DNA from: Proteromonas lacertae
Taxonomy: Eukaryota
Reading direction: 5' to 3'
DNA length: 64,000 nucleotides
Assembly: GCA_002245135.1 (NCBI GenBank)
Contig: NGBS01000882.1
Span: 124,001 to 188,000 of the forward strand
Under the pieces are notes generated by a model. The model ran no database searches and was not told where the DNA came from. It worked only from the letters and a program-made list of their open reading frames with translations. Numbering within the stretch: position 1 is the stretch's first letter; every line of letters starts with the position of its first letter. Shown here piece by piece: positions 28,202-42,040 of the stretch. The translations under genes were made by a program, and so were the position numbers.

Positions 28202-29015
28202 TCAATCAATTTTAATCTTTCATTATGTCTATGATTCTTTAAATTTGCAAAATCATCTCCTTTCTTTTCACTAATAATAAATATAAATAATTCATTTAGT
28301 AAATATATACGAGCAATCACAACATCTGAATAAATAAAAAGCCAGTAGTATTACAACAATAAAAAATATTCCAGTTACTTTTAACGCAATTGCAGAATTC
28401 TCTGTCATTATTGGCTTACTAGGTTTCTTCTTTTTTGATGAATTTATATTTCCTAATTTACAAGCATATGGTTCACAGTACTTATCAATAAAGTAATCAT
28501 AAAGAGGTGAATCAGGAGAAAAACATTTGGACATTGTTGACTATTATAGAATATAGAAAAGACAAAAATACAACACATTCAATTCTTTTTATATCTGCTT
28601 CTTGGTTTTTGCATATTTCATATACTCTATTCTCACCATCACAATGTAATGTATCGCAGTAATCACTCAAACATACACCATTCTTATCTAATGAATCTTG
28701 ATGCTTTGTCATTTGATGTAATTTAAGAAATTCCATATTCTTAAATAGTTTATTACATAAGCCACACAGTACATTTCCATGACTTTTGTGTTGAACTGAA
28801 TTATCAAACACAGAAAACATATCTGCTTCTGTTCTTAAAGGACATTTATCTGGTATTTGATACTTTTGCTTCTGAAGTATAGGGTTTAGATCCTAAACAA
28901 ATATATTGACTGTATTTATACTTTCTCTATAATATTCTTAACTATAACTGATTTCTCTCTTAAACATTCAGCACTTATACAAATAAAATAGCAAAATAAA
29001 AATAGCTATTAACAT
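28202..29015 (-). CDS. Signal peptide + C2H2 zinc finger + Cys-rich domain + C-terminal TM protein
   Basis: ECLREKS...KCPL...CGLCNKLFKNMEFLKLHQMTKH...CLSDYCDTLHCD...KCF...YCEPYAC, then TM helix; one indel near the start. Confidence 0.7.
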
Positions 29016-29093
29016 TATCAAAAAGTATGATACAACAAGAGAAAACAGCATTTTAAAACATAGCAAGATCTGAACGAGTCTCAGAAATCGTAA

Positions 29094-30210
29094 ATGTTTA
29101 GTTCTTCATTAACAGAGCCTCTATTCAATAAGAAAAGTGAAAAGAAGCATACTACAACTAATGCTGATTACAGATCTCCGATAACGATCAGGAATGGACT
29201 CATTAATCTCATTATTTCTTGTATAATAATAGTAGTATTTTTTTGCATTGATGCAAAATGGTTCTATACACCTTCATTTAATATCATTTTATATTTGAAT
29301 TAGATGTCTTTCTTTAATTTTAATACCTCCTTTTAGTTTAAATGATCCAACAATATCATTATCATACGAAGGAAAGCCATCAATTACTGTATCTGTATTG
29401 AGATGCATTGCTTTCACAATAATTTTACCACTTATTTCATTTGAGGTAATATGCTATAAGATTAGTTCTGATTGGTCAGAAATTAATCATAGTGTACAAT
29501 ATAATAAAATATTAATTCAATACAATAGATGTTTTCAGTATCTACTCAATACTTAAGTGGATTCGCTTGCAGTTGTTTTATTTCATCATTTATTAATTCA
29601 TTAGGTGGATCGTATAATAATAATGAAATAATTTTATACATGTGAATAGATTTTCTCCTGATTTCATTGATAGATGTGATCCAGTGGAAAATATCACCAT
29701 GAGAGTAACAGATATATCAGAATGTAACAGAGATCCAACAGATGGAATGACTTATATTGTTATAAATGAAGTTGTAGTTTCAACCTATTCACTTTTATTT
29801 TTATGTGTATTTCCAAATATATTTTATATATCTTTTTATAGAAATATTTATCCGTATATTTTGAAAAACAAAACTATAACAGTTCTATTGTGCAATTTAT
29901 CTACATGATTATACTCTCTTATTGCTATGGAATTGGAATGATCAGAGTTAATCAACATCACTTTAGGATTCAGAATAACTGTGGTAGTTTGTTAATAGGA
30001 TTTATTATTTATACAATAATGATTAAAAGTGTGATATATAATAAATCTCAATTTAGTGAAATAAAAGAATCATTGAGAAAGTATTCAACTAATCAAAGAA
30101 GTAGAAGTAGTGATGGTCAAAGTTTAACTATTATTGCTCCACTATTATCTGATGAAAAGAATGAGGAAGAAGAAGAGGAAGAAGAAGAAGAGGAAGAAAC
30201 TGCTTTGTAG
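29094..30210 (+). CDS. PAP2/lipid phosphate phosphatase-like membrane protein with degenerate catalytic motifs; includes an AT-AC intron
   Basis: FSLNDPTISLSY after splicing, GGS-FSPDFIDRCDP (cf. GRPRPDF..RC.P), IRVNQHH (cf. SR....HH), multiple TM segments. Confidence 0.6.
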
Positions 30211-30338
30211 TATATAAATATATATATATAGTAAGAAATGTTTTTAACTTGAATTTATGTTATTTTTAATATTATTCAAATTCCCCACAATAAAAAAATT
30301 CCATCATTTTTCATTCTTTTATTGTTTTAATGATTTAA

Positions 30339-33300
30339 TTACTTTGGTAATAAAGCTTCTTGATTTGCTTCATTCTTTTCTGTATTATTTCTCTTTCTCT
30401 TACATATCTTAATAGCAGCAAAAGCAATAATCAATACAACAGCAAGTGTAATAGTTAAAATCAATACTAATATTACAGGTGATTGAGTTGTTGCTGGTTC
30501 TACTGTTGGTTCATCAGATCCATCATCTTCAGTGGTTGTTGGTCCTTGTGTTGTTGGTGGAATAGGTTGTTCAGTAGTTGGTGGTACAGTTGTTGGAATT
30601 GATGTTGTTGGTGCGACTGTAGTTGGTGTTACAGTAGTCGGTTGTTGAGTAGTTGGTTGTTGGTTTTTCAGTTGTTGGTGTTACAGTAGTTGGTTGTTGC
30701 AGTAGTTGGTTTTTCAGTTGTTGGTTGTTGAGTTGTTGGTTTTGGTGGAATTGTTGGAATTGATGTTGTTGGTGAATATTTTTGTTTTTTAATGTATAAT
30801 TTGACATTATTTTCATCTTTAAGAGTATCCACATTTGTCTTTAAGTATCCATTGGAGTTAAAACCTTTACAATTCACATCTAAACTACACAATATCTTCA
30901 ATTGTTCCACATCTTTAGTAACAGTTCCTTTACTGAGTAAATCGTTCTTATCTGCATCTTTATTCTCTAAAACTTCATATTCATATTCATCACTATGATA
31001 ATTAACATATTTATTTATAATATTGTCTATTTCTGCAAGTGTATCACCACTTGGTTGATTTGGGAAGGATTTATCACTTTCCCAAAATGCTTTTTCTACA
31101 TTTTCCCATACATTATTACCCCATTCTCCTTCATCAAAATCTTTGCCTTGTTCTACAGCTTGTACTAAACCATCAAATAATGATTTCCATCTTAACAATA
31201 CATAATCAGATATTAATCCATTCCAATGTTTTGAAGCATAATCCATTATTTCACCTCTTGGTCCCCAACTACTCACTTGATTCTTTGCATTTATAACCAA
31301 TTGTCTTATTCTATCTTCATCTCCTTTACCCCATTTCTTAGCATCTTCTGTCCACACTCCTAATAGATAGTTCTCATTTGTTCCTAACATTTTATCTAAA
31401 TCATTCAACATTTGGATAATGAAATCTCTTTGAGGTTTTAAATTGTCATTATCTTTTCGATTATATGATGCAAATGGTAATTTTATTAAATCATATAAAT
31501 AATTACCTATTACTTGTCTAGCTACATCAATATAATCATATAAAAAGTGAGGTGATAATGGTTTTTCCATTGAATTAGCAACTTCATTCATTTCTCTTAA
31601 TACATAAACAGTATCAGTTACATTAGTCCAAGTATAATCAAATTCTCTATTCATACTAGGTCTTTCACTTATTATATTGAATGTATTATCATATACTGGA
31701 TAGGAGGAGTTATAACTACTGTGATATAAGTGTAACCAAGCATCTATTAGCTTTCTTTGCATTTTTATCTTTCTTGTTGATACCAGCTCTTCTTAAAGCA
31801 TAGTTACTGATCCATTCTGTTATATTTACTGGAGTATCTCTCCAAGGAAATTCACTTGAGAATTCATAACTATAAAATATAAATCATAAAAAGAAATATA
31901 AAGAAAAGAGAAAAAAGATTAAAATTAGAATGATATATATATATACATGATATAATTATTCTCAATAGCTTCCATAGTTAATCCAAATCCAATTGTACTA
32001 TATTTCTTATTATTAATAGTTTCATAATAAGTGTTTTGCATTCTATCAATATTACCATATAATGCTCTTCTTCCTCCAAAGTTGTGTAATATATTATAAA
32101 CCATATCTTTACCGAAATAACCATCTAATCTTGGATATTGAGGACGATCATCACTTGATAAATCTAATATTAACATATGATCATTTGGCACTGCATCTAA
32201 ATAAGCTTTTACTCTTTCGGTTGTCCAGAAATATTCTGAATTTAAGAACAACCACCCTTGCATTAACCAAATAGCTTCTGGATCTACATCTACCATTGAT
32301 TGATAGATAGCATGGCTGACATTACTTAGATAATCTAAATCAGAGACGGGAGGATTCATTTCATTAAATTCATCACAATTGAACAAGTGATCATTTCCAT
32401 ATTCTTTAATTTCTTCTTGTAAAAATACTCTACCAATATCATTGAATAATGTTTCATTTGGATTAATCATTAGTACGGAGGTATGCTTATCTTCAAACCC
32501 CATCCAAGCTGTACTTTTCAACGTACTTACTTGTGGATAATGTTGTTTTAATCCATCTGGTACAAATCCTGAAAATGCTGGTAATACATTTCTCATACCG
32601 TAGTTTCTCACTTTTTCTACTATTTTCACTTCTAAATCATGTTGATCATTAATCCATTCATCATCTAAAGGTCCGCCCCATAATTTTAAATTACCCATTC
32701 TTCCCCATGCTAAGAAGGCTGGCCCGGCATAGAATTGCATTGTATCTTCACGAGTCAAGTTGAATTGTTTGAATGTTTTTTCCCAAATGTATTCTTGACC
32801 TGTGAATGATAAGATGATGTTATATCCTAACATTGCTGCCCAATCAATTTCACGACTCCATCGCTCAAAGTCCCAAAATGCCATGGAATAACTGACTGTA
32901 CAGACATTTAAGTAATATCTGTATTTCATATGACTTTCGTGCCTTTCAGTTTGATCAATAATTGGTAGTGGGTTTGGTAAGACGATATGTTTCCAACTAT
33001 CACCAACTCCCCAACTTATTTCTGCATCACAATAGTACTTTAAGTACCAATACAATCCACTAGCTAATGATGCACCAGTATTACCTACTATTTTAATTAC
33101 AACTCTATCACTTCCAGATGAGCTTAAATCAAAGTAATCGTTACTATTGCTGTTTTCTTTTATTTCATATTCAAACAAATCTGATGCTTCTTTACCTACC
33201 AAAGAAATTGTTAGATTTTTTACCTAATTCAGAAAATAGAATAAACAAGAGATACTGTATCAATTTGAACAGCAATATCAGCAGCCAAGCTTGATCCAAA

Positions 33301-33351
33301 ACAGAGTAAGCACAAAGTAGTGCAAACTAAGAACATGCCAATTCTTTTCAT
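30339..33351 (-). CDS. NAGLU: Alpha-N-acetylglucosaminidase (GH89) with small Cys domain, Pro/Thr stalk and C-terminal TM anchor
   Basis: YRYYLNVCTVSYSMAFWDFERWSREIDWAAM, GPAFLAWGRMGN, DEFNEMNPP, WLMQGWLF, LHNFGG, MEAIENN, DYASKHWNGLI; PTT repeats; TM VILVLILTITLAVVLIIAFAAI. Confidence 0.95.
30490..30775 (-). repeat. Pro/Thr-rich mucin-like coding repeat (PTT, PTTEK units) with indels
   Basis: Iterated gttggtg/gtagttggtt on the + strand; translates PTTQQPTTEKPTT. Confidence 0.85.
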
Positions 33352-33502
33352 TTCAATTGAGTCTCAAGCCTATTCAAGTCTGTTGTGTGAAATATGGAAC
33401 ACAAATGTTATTATTACTATATTCTTTGATAAAGTGATAATTATAAATATAATAAACCTCAAAATAAACATCCAAATAAAGGTAAATTGTCAAAAGAGTA
33501 AA

Positions 33503-34053
33503 TTATAGTTCTGTATGAACTGGATTTGTGCTTTCTTTATTAGCATTAGCTTTTAAACATTGATGTGGAGGATCTTCAAAACAAGTTTCTCTTCCATCAA
33601 GCAAAATTCTGAAATGAGTAAAATGTAATTTTATTCTTGTATCTTCATATTTCTTCAATAGTACATGCTATATACATAATAATAATATTAGTAACATACA
33701 TCTACAGCACCTAATGCTTCTGGACAAGATTGTAAAATAGGAATAAACTGCTCGGCAGATTGCTTATATCCTCTAAATTCACCGACAATTGTTTGATTTA
33801 CACTAATTTGAGTCTATAATGAAGTAAAGATGAAATGGTAATATACCCATCCAAATAAAGCTAAAGATGATGCTTTGGTTTGCAAATATTCCATATAACT
33901 CATGTAATCATTCACCTAAGCTGTATATTTCGAGAAATATACTTTTCCAAATATTTCATATCTATATCCACCAAATCTATCAGTCATGGCCCATTGTGCA
34001 TTACTTATAGCAAATAAAGCTAAAAATATGAGCAGAAAGTGAGAACTCAGCAT
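33503..34053 (-). CDS. Signal-peptide acylphosphatase-like protein ending in HTEL
   Basis: Not in ORF track (three short introns). MLSSHFLLIFLALFAISNA, YRYEIFGKV, ASSLALFGW-TQ...IVGEFRG, LHFTHFRIL...TCFEDPPHQC...VHTEL-stop. Confidence 0.6.
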
Positions 34054-34149
34054 GATTTTGAAAAAAAGTTCGAGGTAAGCTTGGTCTTTGTCATTTTCAT
34101 TTTAAATTTCTAACTGTTTTTATGCTCAATTATTTATAAATTAAAATTA

Positions 34150-35770
34150 ATGTCACAAAATATTATTGCATGTGTATACTTTTCTGATGAAAATGAGGCC
34201 TGGATAAAGCAAGGTGTCGGATCTGTTTCTTGTGAGAATGATGTATATCGAAATAATTATTTTACTTTAGCCAAATGGTAACAGAATAATTGTAGTCAAA
34301 GATGTAAATGATCCGAGCAGGGAATTAGTCTCATCCATAATTAACCCAGACAATGCATATGTTCTAGAAACAGGTATATTTATTTACTATTTTAAAAGAT
34401 AATCCAATCATTTCCTGGAGTGATTCAGTATCTGAACAAACAATTGCATTAAGCTTCCGAGAGGAAGCAGGTAGAGATCAAATAAAGTATGATAACAATA
34501 TATTTAATTATATTCATAGTAATGAAATACGTAAAATAACTCATCCTGATAGTCTATCCGATGATGAAGATATAATACCACAAATAATCATACCTGAACC
34601 ATCATTAGGCAGTATAAAAGATATAAGACAAGTATTTCAAAGTACAAATGCAACAAAACTACAGTTATTATTACCAATTATAGCAAATGTATGAATTATA
34701 CTAACTATATAATATAGAATGGTCAATTTATTCAACAATTATGTAAACTATTTAAACCACTAGAAGATGCAGAAGATCAGAATAATTTATCAGCTTTAGC
34801 TTCTATCTTTCGTAATATAGTGTTTTTGAATGATGTTCAAATTTTTCAAATTTTATTTCGTAAAGATATTTTTGAGACTTTTGCTGCAATATTAGAATGT
34901 ATATATTCATATATATAATTTATTAGACGATCCTGAATATGGTAATTTACATCCAAATCATCGTGAATTTATACAGAAAAAGGCTAATTTTAAACAAATA
35001 GTTCCTATTACAGATGAAAGTATATTGGATTGTATTCATCAGAATTTTAGAATTCAATACTTCAGAGTATATATATATATAAATATGTATAGGATGCAAT
35101 TATTCCCACTGTATCAGACGATATGACACTAAGTCAAGTATTATTATTGCAATTACGAAATATCTCCACAATAATTCAATGGATTTCAACTAATACAGAA
35201 TATTTAAAGAAATTAGAGCCATTTTTACAAGTATTACCTATTAATAACAATACAATTGAATGTTTGAAATATATAAATGAAATGTTAAAAATGGCATCAA
35301 TGAAAGAAGTAGATCTACCACTCAAAATTGATTTAGTTCAGTATATATATATATATATATATATTATTATTATTATCTTAATAGTGGTATAATAATCTCC
35401 ATTCCAGACATAATCGAACATTTACACAAAATCTTCAACAATACAAATGACAATAAACTCAAAGTGTTAGTGTTATCAATAACCTATGACTTATTCATTT
35501 CACAAGATGAAGTATTAAGAGAGGAGATAGCATTACCAAAACCTCCAGGTATAGAATTAGACTTTAGAAGTTTATTTATATTTATACAAAACAACAACAA
35601 CAACAACAACAATAAAGATGTTATACTACAACCACCTTATAATTCATTTTTCTATGATATAATTCGTGAATTTTGGTTGAACAAAGATCAAGGAATAAAA
35701 GAACAATGTAATATGATGATACTAGGAATAGGGGGTGAAATTATGTTTGCTGTATATATATATATATATA

Positions 35771-35815
<45 letters not shown>

Positions 35816-36630
35816 AATAGAATGAACAAATGAAACATCAATTTTTACAACAGTTTTACTTATCCTATATTCCTTTCTTAATGGCAGCTTTAAAGAATGA
35901 TGTTTTACTACAGAAAATAACACAATTATCTTCTTATTCATCTATACATATAACATTAGTATATGTTATTGAAATAATCATATCATTTATACATCTTCAC
36001 ACTTATCATATGAAATATTATATGCCTACAATCAACTTGGGAAAGAAAGTGATAGATTTGTTAAAATATAATATTCCTGAAATCTCATTAGCTATTATTA
36101 GATTTTTAAAAGAATTAATAAATAGTTGTGAAAAGTTATATATTAATCAAATCATATCCAATAATCTTTTACAACCAATATTTGTATTATTTAAAGAAAA
36201 TGGAGATAAATATAACCTATTAAATAGTACTATCTTGGATATGGTTCAGTGTGTGTTAGATAATGATAATGTGGATTTAATCAACCACATAGTCGATAAT
36301 TATAAACAATATTTTGAAGATGTCAATTATGTCAATTTATTTAATAAATTGGTTGAAAGATATAAGAGTTTTAAACATCAATTAACTGATGATGATTATG
36401 GTAGTATAAATAAACGCAAATTTGGTGCTATTTATTTAGATAATGAAAGAGAAGATTCTTATTTAGAAGAGGATGATGATTCTGATGATTTAAATAACAG
36501 TAATAACAATCATAATAGCAATAGTGGTAATAACCTTTCAATCTCATCATCATCAGATAGAAATTCGTTGAATAACGGTGATAATGATGATGATTGTGGT
36601 GAAAGTCCTACTAAGCGTCAAAAATCTTAA
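34150..36630 (+). CDS. PPP4R3: Protein phosphatase 4 regulatory subunit 3 (SMEK/PSY2)
   Basis: EVH1-like VYTF...WIKQGVG, IISW...IALSFREEAG, LEYDPE...HREFI, IHQNFRIQYFRD, NGDKYNLLNSTIL; many short introns. Confidence 0.9.
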
Positions 36631-36775
36631 TATAATAATAATAATAATACATTTTGATAATTAATAAAAAAGAATTACTTTTTTGTTCTTTTTTTTTACA
36701 CTCTAAAAAGAATTTATGTATATGTATATAAAATATAATGTCTATTACAATAATAAATTGAATTAAACCATTGTG

Positions 36776-37483
36776 TTACTTTCTATTTTTATTTCCCCAT
36801 TTTTGTTTGTTACTACAATAACTGCAGTAATTCGCTCTTTTAAATCTATAAGATGATTTGAATCTTTTACATCTATAACAAAGTTTTGGTGATAATTCAA
36901 CATCTTTTTCCCAATCTGACAGTCTATAAATATCTTTTATTACTCTTATACTACAATCAAGGCAGATATATTTGTCTTTACCATTTTTGTATTTTTCATC
37001 TTTATCTAAAATGAACGCATTTGTTCTTTGAACTGCATTTTTACATTCACAGCATATCTTTTTCATATATTTTATCCTAATTATATTAAGCGGTATTATC
37101 TCATCATCTTCATCATTATCATCATTACAATCTGTCGTAATACTACTACTTCCATTGCCTTCTGTTGACATTTTTTGATGATCATAATAATTTGGGTAAT
37201 CTACTAGTCCAACACCATACTGATAAGTAGGTTGATTAAATGACATCAGATCTTGACTAAAACATCCAGTTAAGAAAGTGTTTTCATTACCACAACCAGA
37301 CGGAGATAAACAACCCTTATTCTCTTCCTGATATTTATTTTGATTATTTTCATAACTTATATTCTCACAATAATCACCTAAAAAACAATCATCACCATAA
37401 TTTGTGTTTTCATCTGAATAAAAAACAGGAGACGTTGGGTATGAGTTTATTAAGCCTAAAGGCTCATTTTCAGATTCATCCAT
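36776..37483 (-). CDS. Hypothetical protein, acidic N-terminus and four C-terminal CxxC pairs
   Basis: Single 235-aa ORF with CCECK, CLDC, CYRC, CSYC. Confidence 0.6.
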   Translation of the reverse strand: MDESENEPLGLINSYPTSPVFYSDENTNYGDDCFLGDYCENISYENNQNKYQEENKGCLSPSGCGNENTFLTGCFSQDLMSFNQPTYQYGVGLVDYPNYYDHQKMSTEGNGSSSITTDCNDDNDEDDEIIPLNIIRIKYMKKICCECKNAVQRTNAFILDKDEKYKNGKDKYICLDCSIRVIKDIYRLSDWEKDVELSPKLCYRCKRFKSSYRFKRANYCSYCSNKQKWGNKNRK

Positions 37484-37679
37484 ATACTATTTATCAATGT
37501 TAGTTATAAAGAAAAATTTATTCGTTTTTTCTTACTCTTACATTTACACTACTCTACCAAAACACAAAATCAACTAAATGAGCAAATAATCAATTATACT
37601 TGTTTATTTTTTTTGTCATTTTCATCAAATTATTTCATTTCACCTTCTCAAAACATAAAATACAAATTTACACAATCGC

Positions 37680-40600
37680 TCAAGATTTGTCAGTTTCATT
37701 GTTCGTATACGATTCTTTATTACTATAAGAACTTGTAGATTCAGCATTAACATCTTTTTCTTCCTTATTAGAATTTCTAGAAATCTCAGTTTTTGAATAA
37801 CCATCTGAACCTTTTACTGATGTATCTCTTCCAGAAGATAAAGCGTTACTATATGAAAACACTCCAGATCTCGGAGGAGAAGATGGTTTATGAGATGCAT
37901 AATTTGTAACTGGTGATTTAGAATGCGAATTACTACTATCACCGCTAGCTTGACCATTCAATACCATATTCTCAGAATCACTACCAGATGTTGATAATCC
38001 TCTTTGACTTGAGTATCTACCTTCACTTTTAAAACCAGCTAAACTATTCAATATAGTATTATCATTATCAGATTCTGTATGTATTTTTTCATTATTACCA
38101 TTTTTACCATTTTGTTGTTGTTGTTGTTGTTGTTTTTCTTTCAATTGTGTTTGATGTTGTTGTTTAATCCCTTCATTTCTATCTTTCTTACCATCTAAAG
38201 CAATTTTGGGTATTGTAGTAGTAACAGATTCAAATTCAGATGGTTTATCATTACTTTTACCAGCTAAATTAGGAGAAGATGGAAGACGTTGTGATTTATT
38301 CTGAACAGTATTATTAATAGTACTTGTAGCTAAACTAACTCTAACATTACTACTAACAGCTGTTGATTGTCTAACTGACGATCGATCTCTTCTGGATCTA
38401 AATATTGATGAATTGGATCTATTATTTAAATCTTCATTATAATGTTTTACATGTTCTCTGAATACATTTACATCTTTTGTATTTTCAACGATTATTGCTA
38501 CTCTTAAATATTCGTGTAATTCGTTCAATTTTCTGATTGACCTTTTCCTTAGACTGTTTAAGAATAAATGAAGATTATCAAAACCAAAATAATACTCAGA
38601 GATTAGAAAGATTTCCCAATAATGTTTATTTGCACAATCTTCAGCTATTTTATCAACAAATTTTATCAATTGTTTCTTCATAGAGAGAGGTTTATCAACT
38701 TTTTCTTTAAATAAATCAATAAAATCTTGTGGAATGAAATGATGTATATTTTCATCAAAATATTTAATTATCATCTCTTTAGCTAATTCCTGTGAATCTT
38801 TTGCATCTTTTGTTTTTAATAGTCTATGAATATCACCAACTAGATCTAATAATATTGCATCATCACTTTTGTCCCTTTCCATTGAACATTTTAAGAAATT
38901 TCTTACAGAGGAGTGTTTAAATGCATTCTTTATACATCTTAAACTGTCTGAATGAGAGAAATACAACTCATCTGTCTTTTTAGCACTGAGAAAGTAGTTG
39001 AGAAAAAAGAATGGTAGTATAATTAGTAATGCTGTAAATGAACTTATGGCAACTTTGACATATGATTCATTCTTCCCTTCATCCATTAAATAACATATAA
39101 ATGGCTTATAAATAACAGGTATTGATGATATAAATCTATTGTGATAATAGTAATCATATATACGAAAAATAATAATTCATTGATCTAAAATGAGTAGACA
39201 TTGTCAATCTGTAATAAAAAATACATATTACATGTACAATAAATGAATAACACTATATATATGTATATATTCAGATATATTATATATACGTTAAAGAGAT
39301 ACACCATTGTATTAAACTTTTCATCTAGACATCTGTAATATACTAAAGGACTAATATCATCAACTAATGTTTCTATTGCTTCTGAACTAACTCCATAACC
39401 ACTCATAGTAATTATTAAAAACAAGATAAGATAATAACCTTGTATAATACTTACGATAATATACGTCCTTTTCGTTTCTTTACTTCTTCCATTTAATCTA
39501 CCCTCTTCTTCCATTATTGTGAATGTTAATGCTAAATATACAAACCATGAAGCACAACAATTGAAAAATGCTGATGATTTACACATATAACTATTTCTTT
39601 CTCCTAATTCATATATTGAGTAAAAGATATAAAAGAAGGCTGATATTAGATAGATTGGTGGAGTTTTAGGAATACTTGAGAAATCCCAATTACTATGTAA
39701 ATAATAATTATAATAAATATTTATACTTCATTTGTCTTGCTACTAACAGTGAAACATATAGGAAACAAATAATCAGACATATATCAAGTAGTAGAAAGAC
39801 AATACCAAAAGCAGAAGAAAACTTGATAAAATTATCATCACTGGAAGGACTCCATTCCCATTCAGCTGGATAGACTACATCACAACTACAATCTTTATAA
39901 TTATTAGTGGAAGTACAATTCTTTATTAAATTACAGTTTGGAACAGAAGATGGTGAAACAGGAACAGATATTGTTGTTCTTTTGTGGTTTTTATTATCAT
40001 CTGTTCTATTATATTGTATTTGAAATGTAAATCCTTGATGAGCTGTGTTTATTCCATTTGTATTAAACTGTATTTCACCATAAAAACTATTCCACGAGCC
40101 TAAGGTTTGAGTGGTATGTCTTATTACAGAAAATGCTAAATATGTATTGACTTTCTGTGGATAAATTATTCTATTTGTCACTTCTTCAGTTGATGATAAT
40201 TCCATTATTCTTTGAAGAGTAATACCAAATGTAATTCCATGTAAAATGTGTATTATATCATTGTTAATTTCATTATCATACTTATAATTGATAGAATCTA
40301 AATGTATTTTGTCTACATTATCATTGATATAATTAATAATGTCTTTGGTTTTACCCATGTATTTGCCTGTAGTTCCTGTATTTAAAATTTCATCAAATTC
40401 AACGAAATAATGCCAATTACTGTTGATTAAATTCACTTTATTTGCATCTATTCAATAACAATAATAATTCATTTTAAAATATATAAAAATACGATTATAT
40501 ATGTATTCTTTTTGAATTGTAACAGCTACTTTTGGTAAAAAATCAACTTGTTTCATAGTAATAACAATATCCAATATATTTCTATCAGAACCACTAATAA

Positions 40601-41688
40601 ATACATCAGGATTAGAATTTTTAATGACATTCATCCATTTAGTGAGATAATTTACTCTTTCTAAATAATTCTCATATAATGAAAGATCAATTTGTGGAAA
40701 TGTACAAGTATCAGTTTTATTGTTACAATTTGCATTTACACAATTAATACCATCTGGATCAGATATCTATATTTCAATATATTATAAAAAATATATACTT
40801 GACTTTTACATCTTTTTATTAAATACTTCACATCTTCGTCGTTTTCTCTTTCAGATATATATCCATCAATAATCAACTGTGTTTTCTCACTTGCTTCTTT
40901 ATCAAGTAGTATTACATAACTTCTAGCTTCTATTTATTAATATATATATATAATTATAAAATACTATATCTATTCTTGAACAAATCAATAGATGATAATG
41001 CCATTTGTTTGTACTGCAGTAATGGCAATAATATGAATTGATATTTATAATCATTTATATTGTAATTATTAGTGTTTCCAATCATAAATATATCAAACCC
41101 CTGAACTGTTTGTATTTCGTCATAGAATGCAGTTGATTTTGCTAAATACTCTGTCAATTCTTTTGAACCTGGTGATACAATGAAGTGTGGAACATTATCT
41201 TCTGAATGGCCCACATCCTTAACATATTCATCTATACTATTTTCATAATTTGAATATCAATTATCTAAGATCAATTAAATTACAATATTTATAGTTAATA
41301 TATACATCATCTAACATTTCTATAAACTTAAAATTAACTTGAAGTCTATAATGAATAAAAAACAAAGAAATATACTTCTCACCAGAACAACTACCCTCAC
41401 TTTCACCATGTCCATTGACACATATACCTCCACTGTCTATATTAATATGCTTCTGCCAAAGAAGCAATCCGGTCAAAGTAGGTTTATCTAGGTTATAAAT
41501 ATATCTATTAATACCAATAGAGTCAGTAATTCCTTTTAATGACCCTAAAATATGAATGCATATGTCTGATTCAGTACATTTAGATGTACCGACATCTAGC
41601 TCAGAATAACACAGCACACCATTTATAAATATATGATAACTACAATAAAATGAATTTACAATACTAAAAATGCTATTGCTACTTTCAT
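37680..41688 (-). CDS. Receptor-like protein: periplasmic-binding/Venus-flytrap ectodomain + multi-TM + RGS-like domain + disordered tail
   Basis: Signal peptide from ATG 41688; GLLLWQKHIN...GGICVNG, PDVFISG, SFYGEIQFNTNGIN..QIQ, VVYPAEW; several TM helices 39000-39820; VRNFLKCS...ELAKEMIIKYFD...WEIFLISEYY (RGS-like). Confidence 0.6.
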
Positions 41689-42040
41689 ACCAAAAAATAA
41701 CGAATATTTTGAATTATAAAATTAACTATTTCGTGAAATCTAAATACAATAGTCAAATGTAGTGTTGATTTTATTAATATTTTGCTAACATATGAGAGTG
41801 TTGTTGACAAAGTTCATGGAACACATGTTCATTTTTGAATTATGAAATTATAAACAAGTAAAATACATTAGTTTAGTGATTTATATTCGGAAAATTATAT
41901 ATTTAATTGATATAATCATAGAATATTTTTACTATGAAATGACTAAAAAAGAGAAAACTCAAACATAGTTTGTTTAAATAACAGTTTCTTTTAATTTTAT
42001 TTATTATAAATCAAACTATAACATTAATTACAATAATAAC

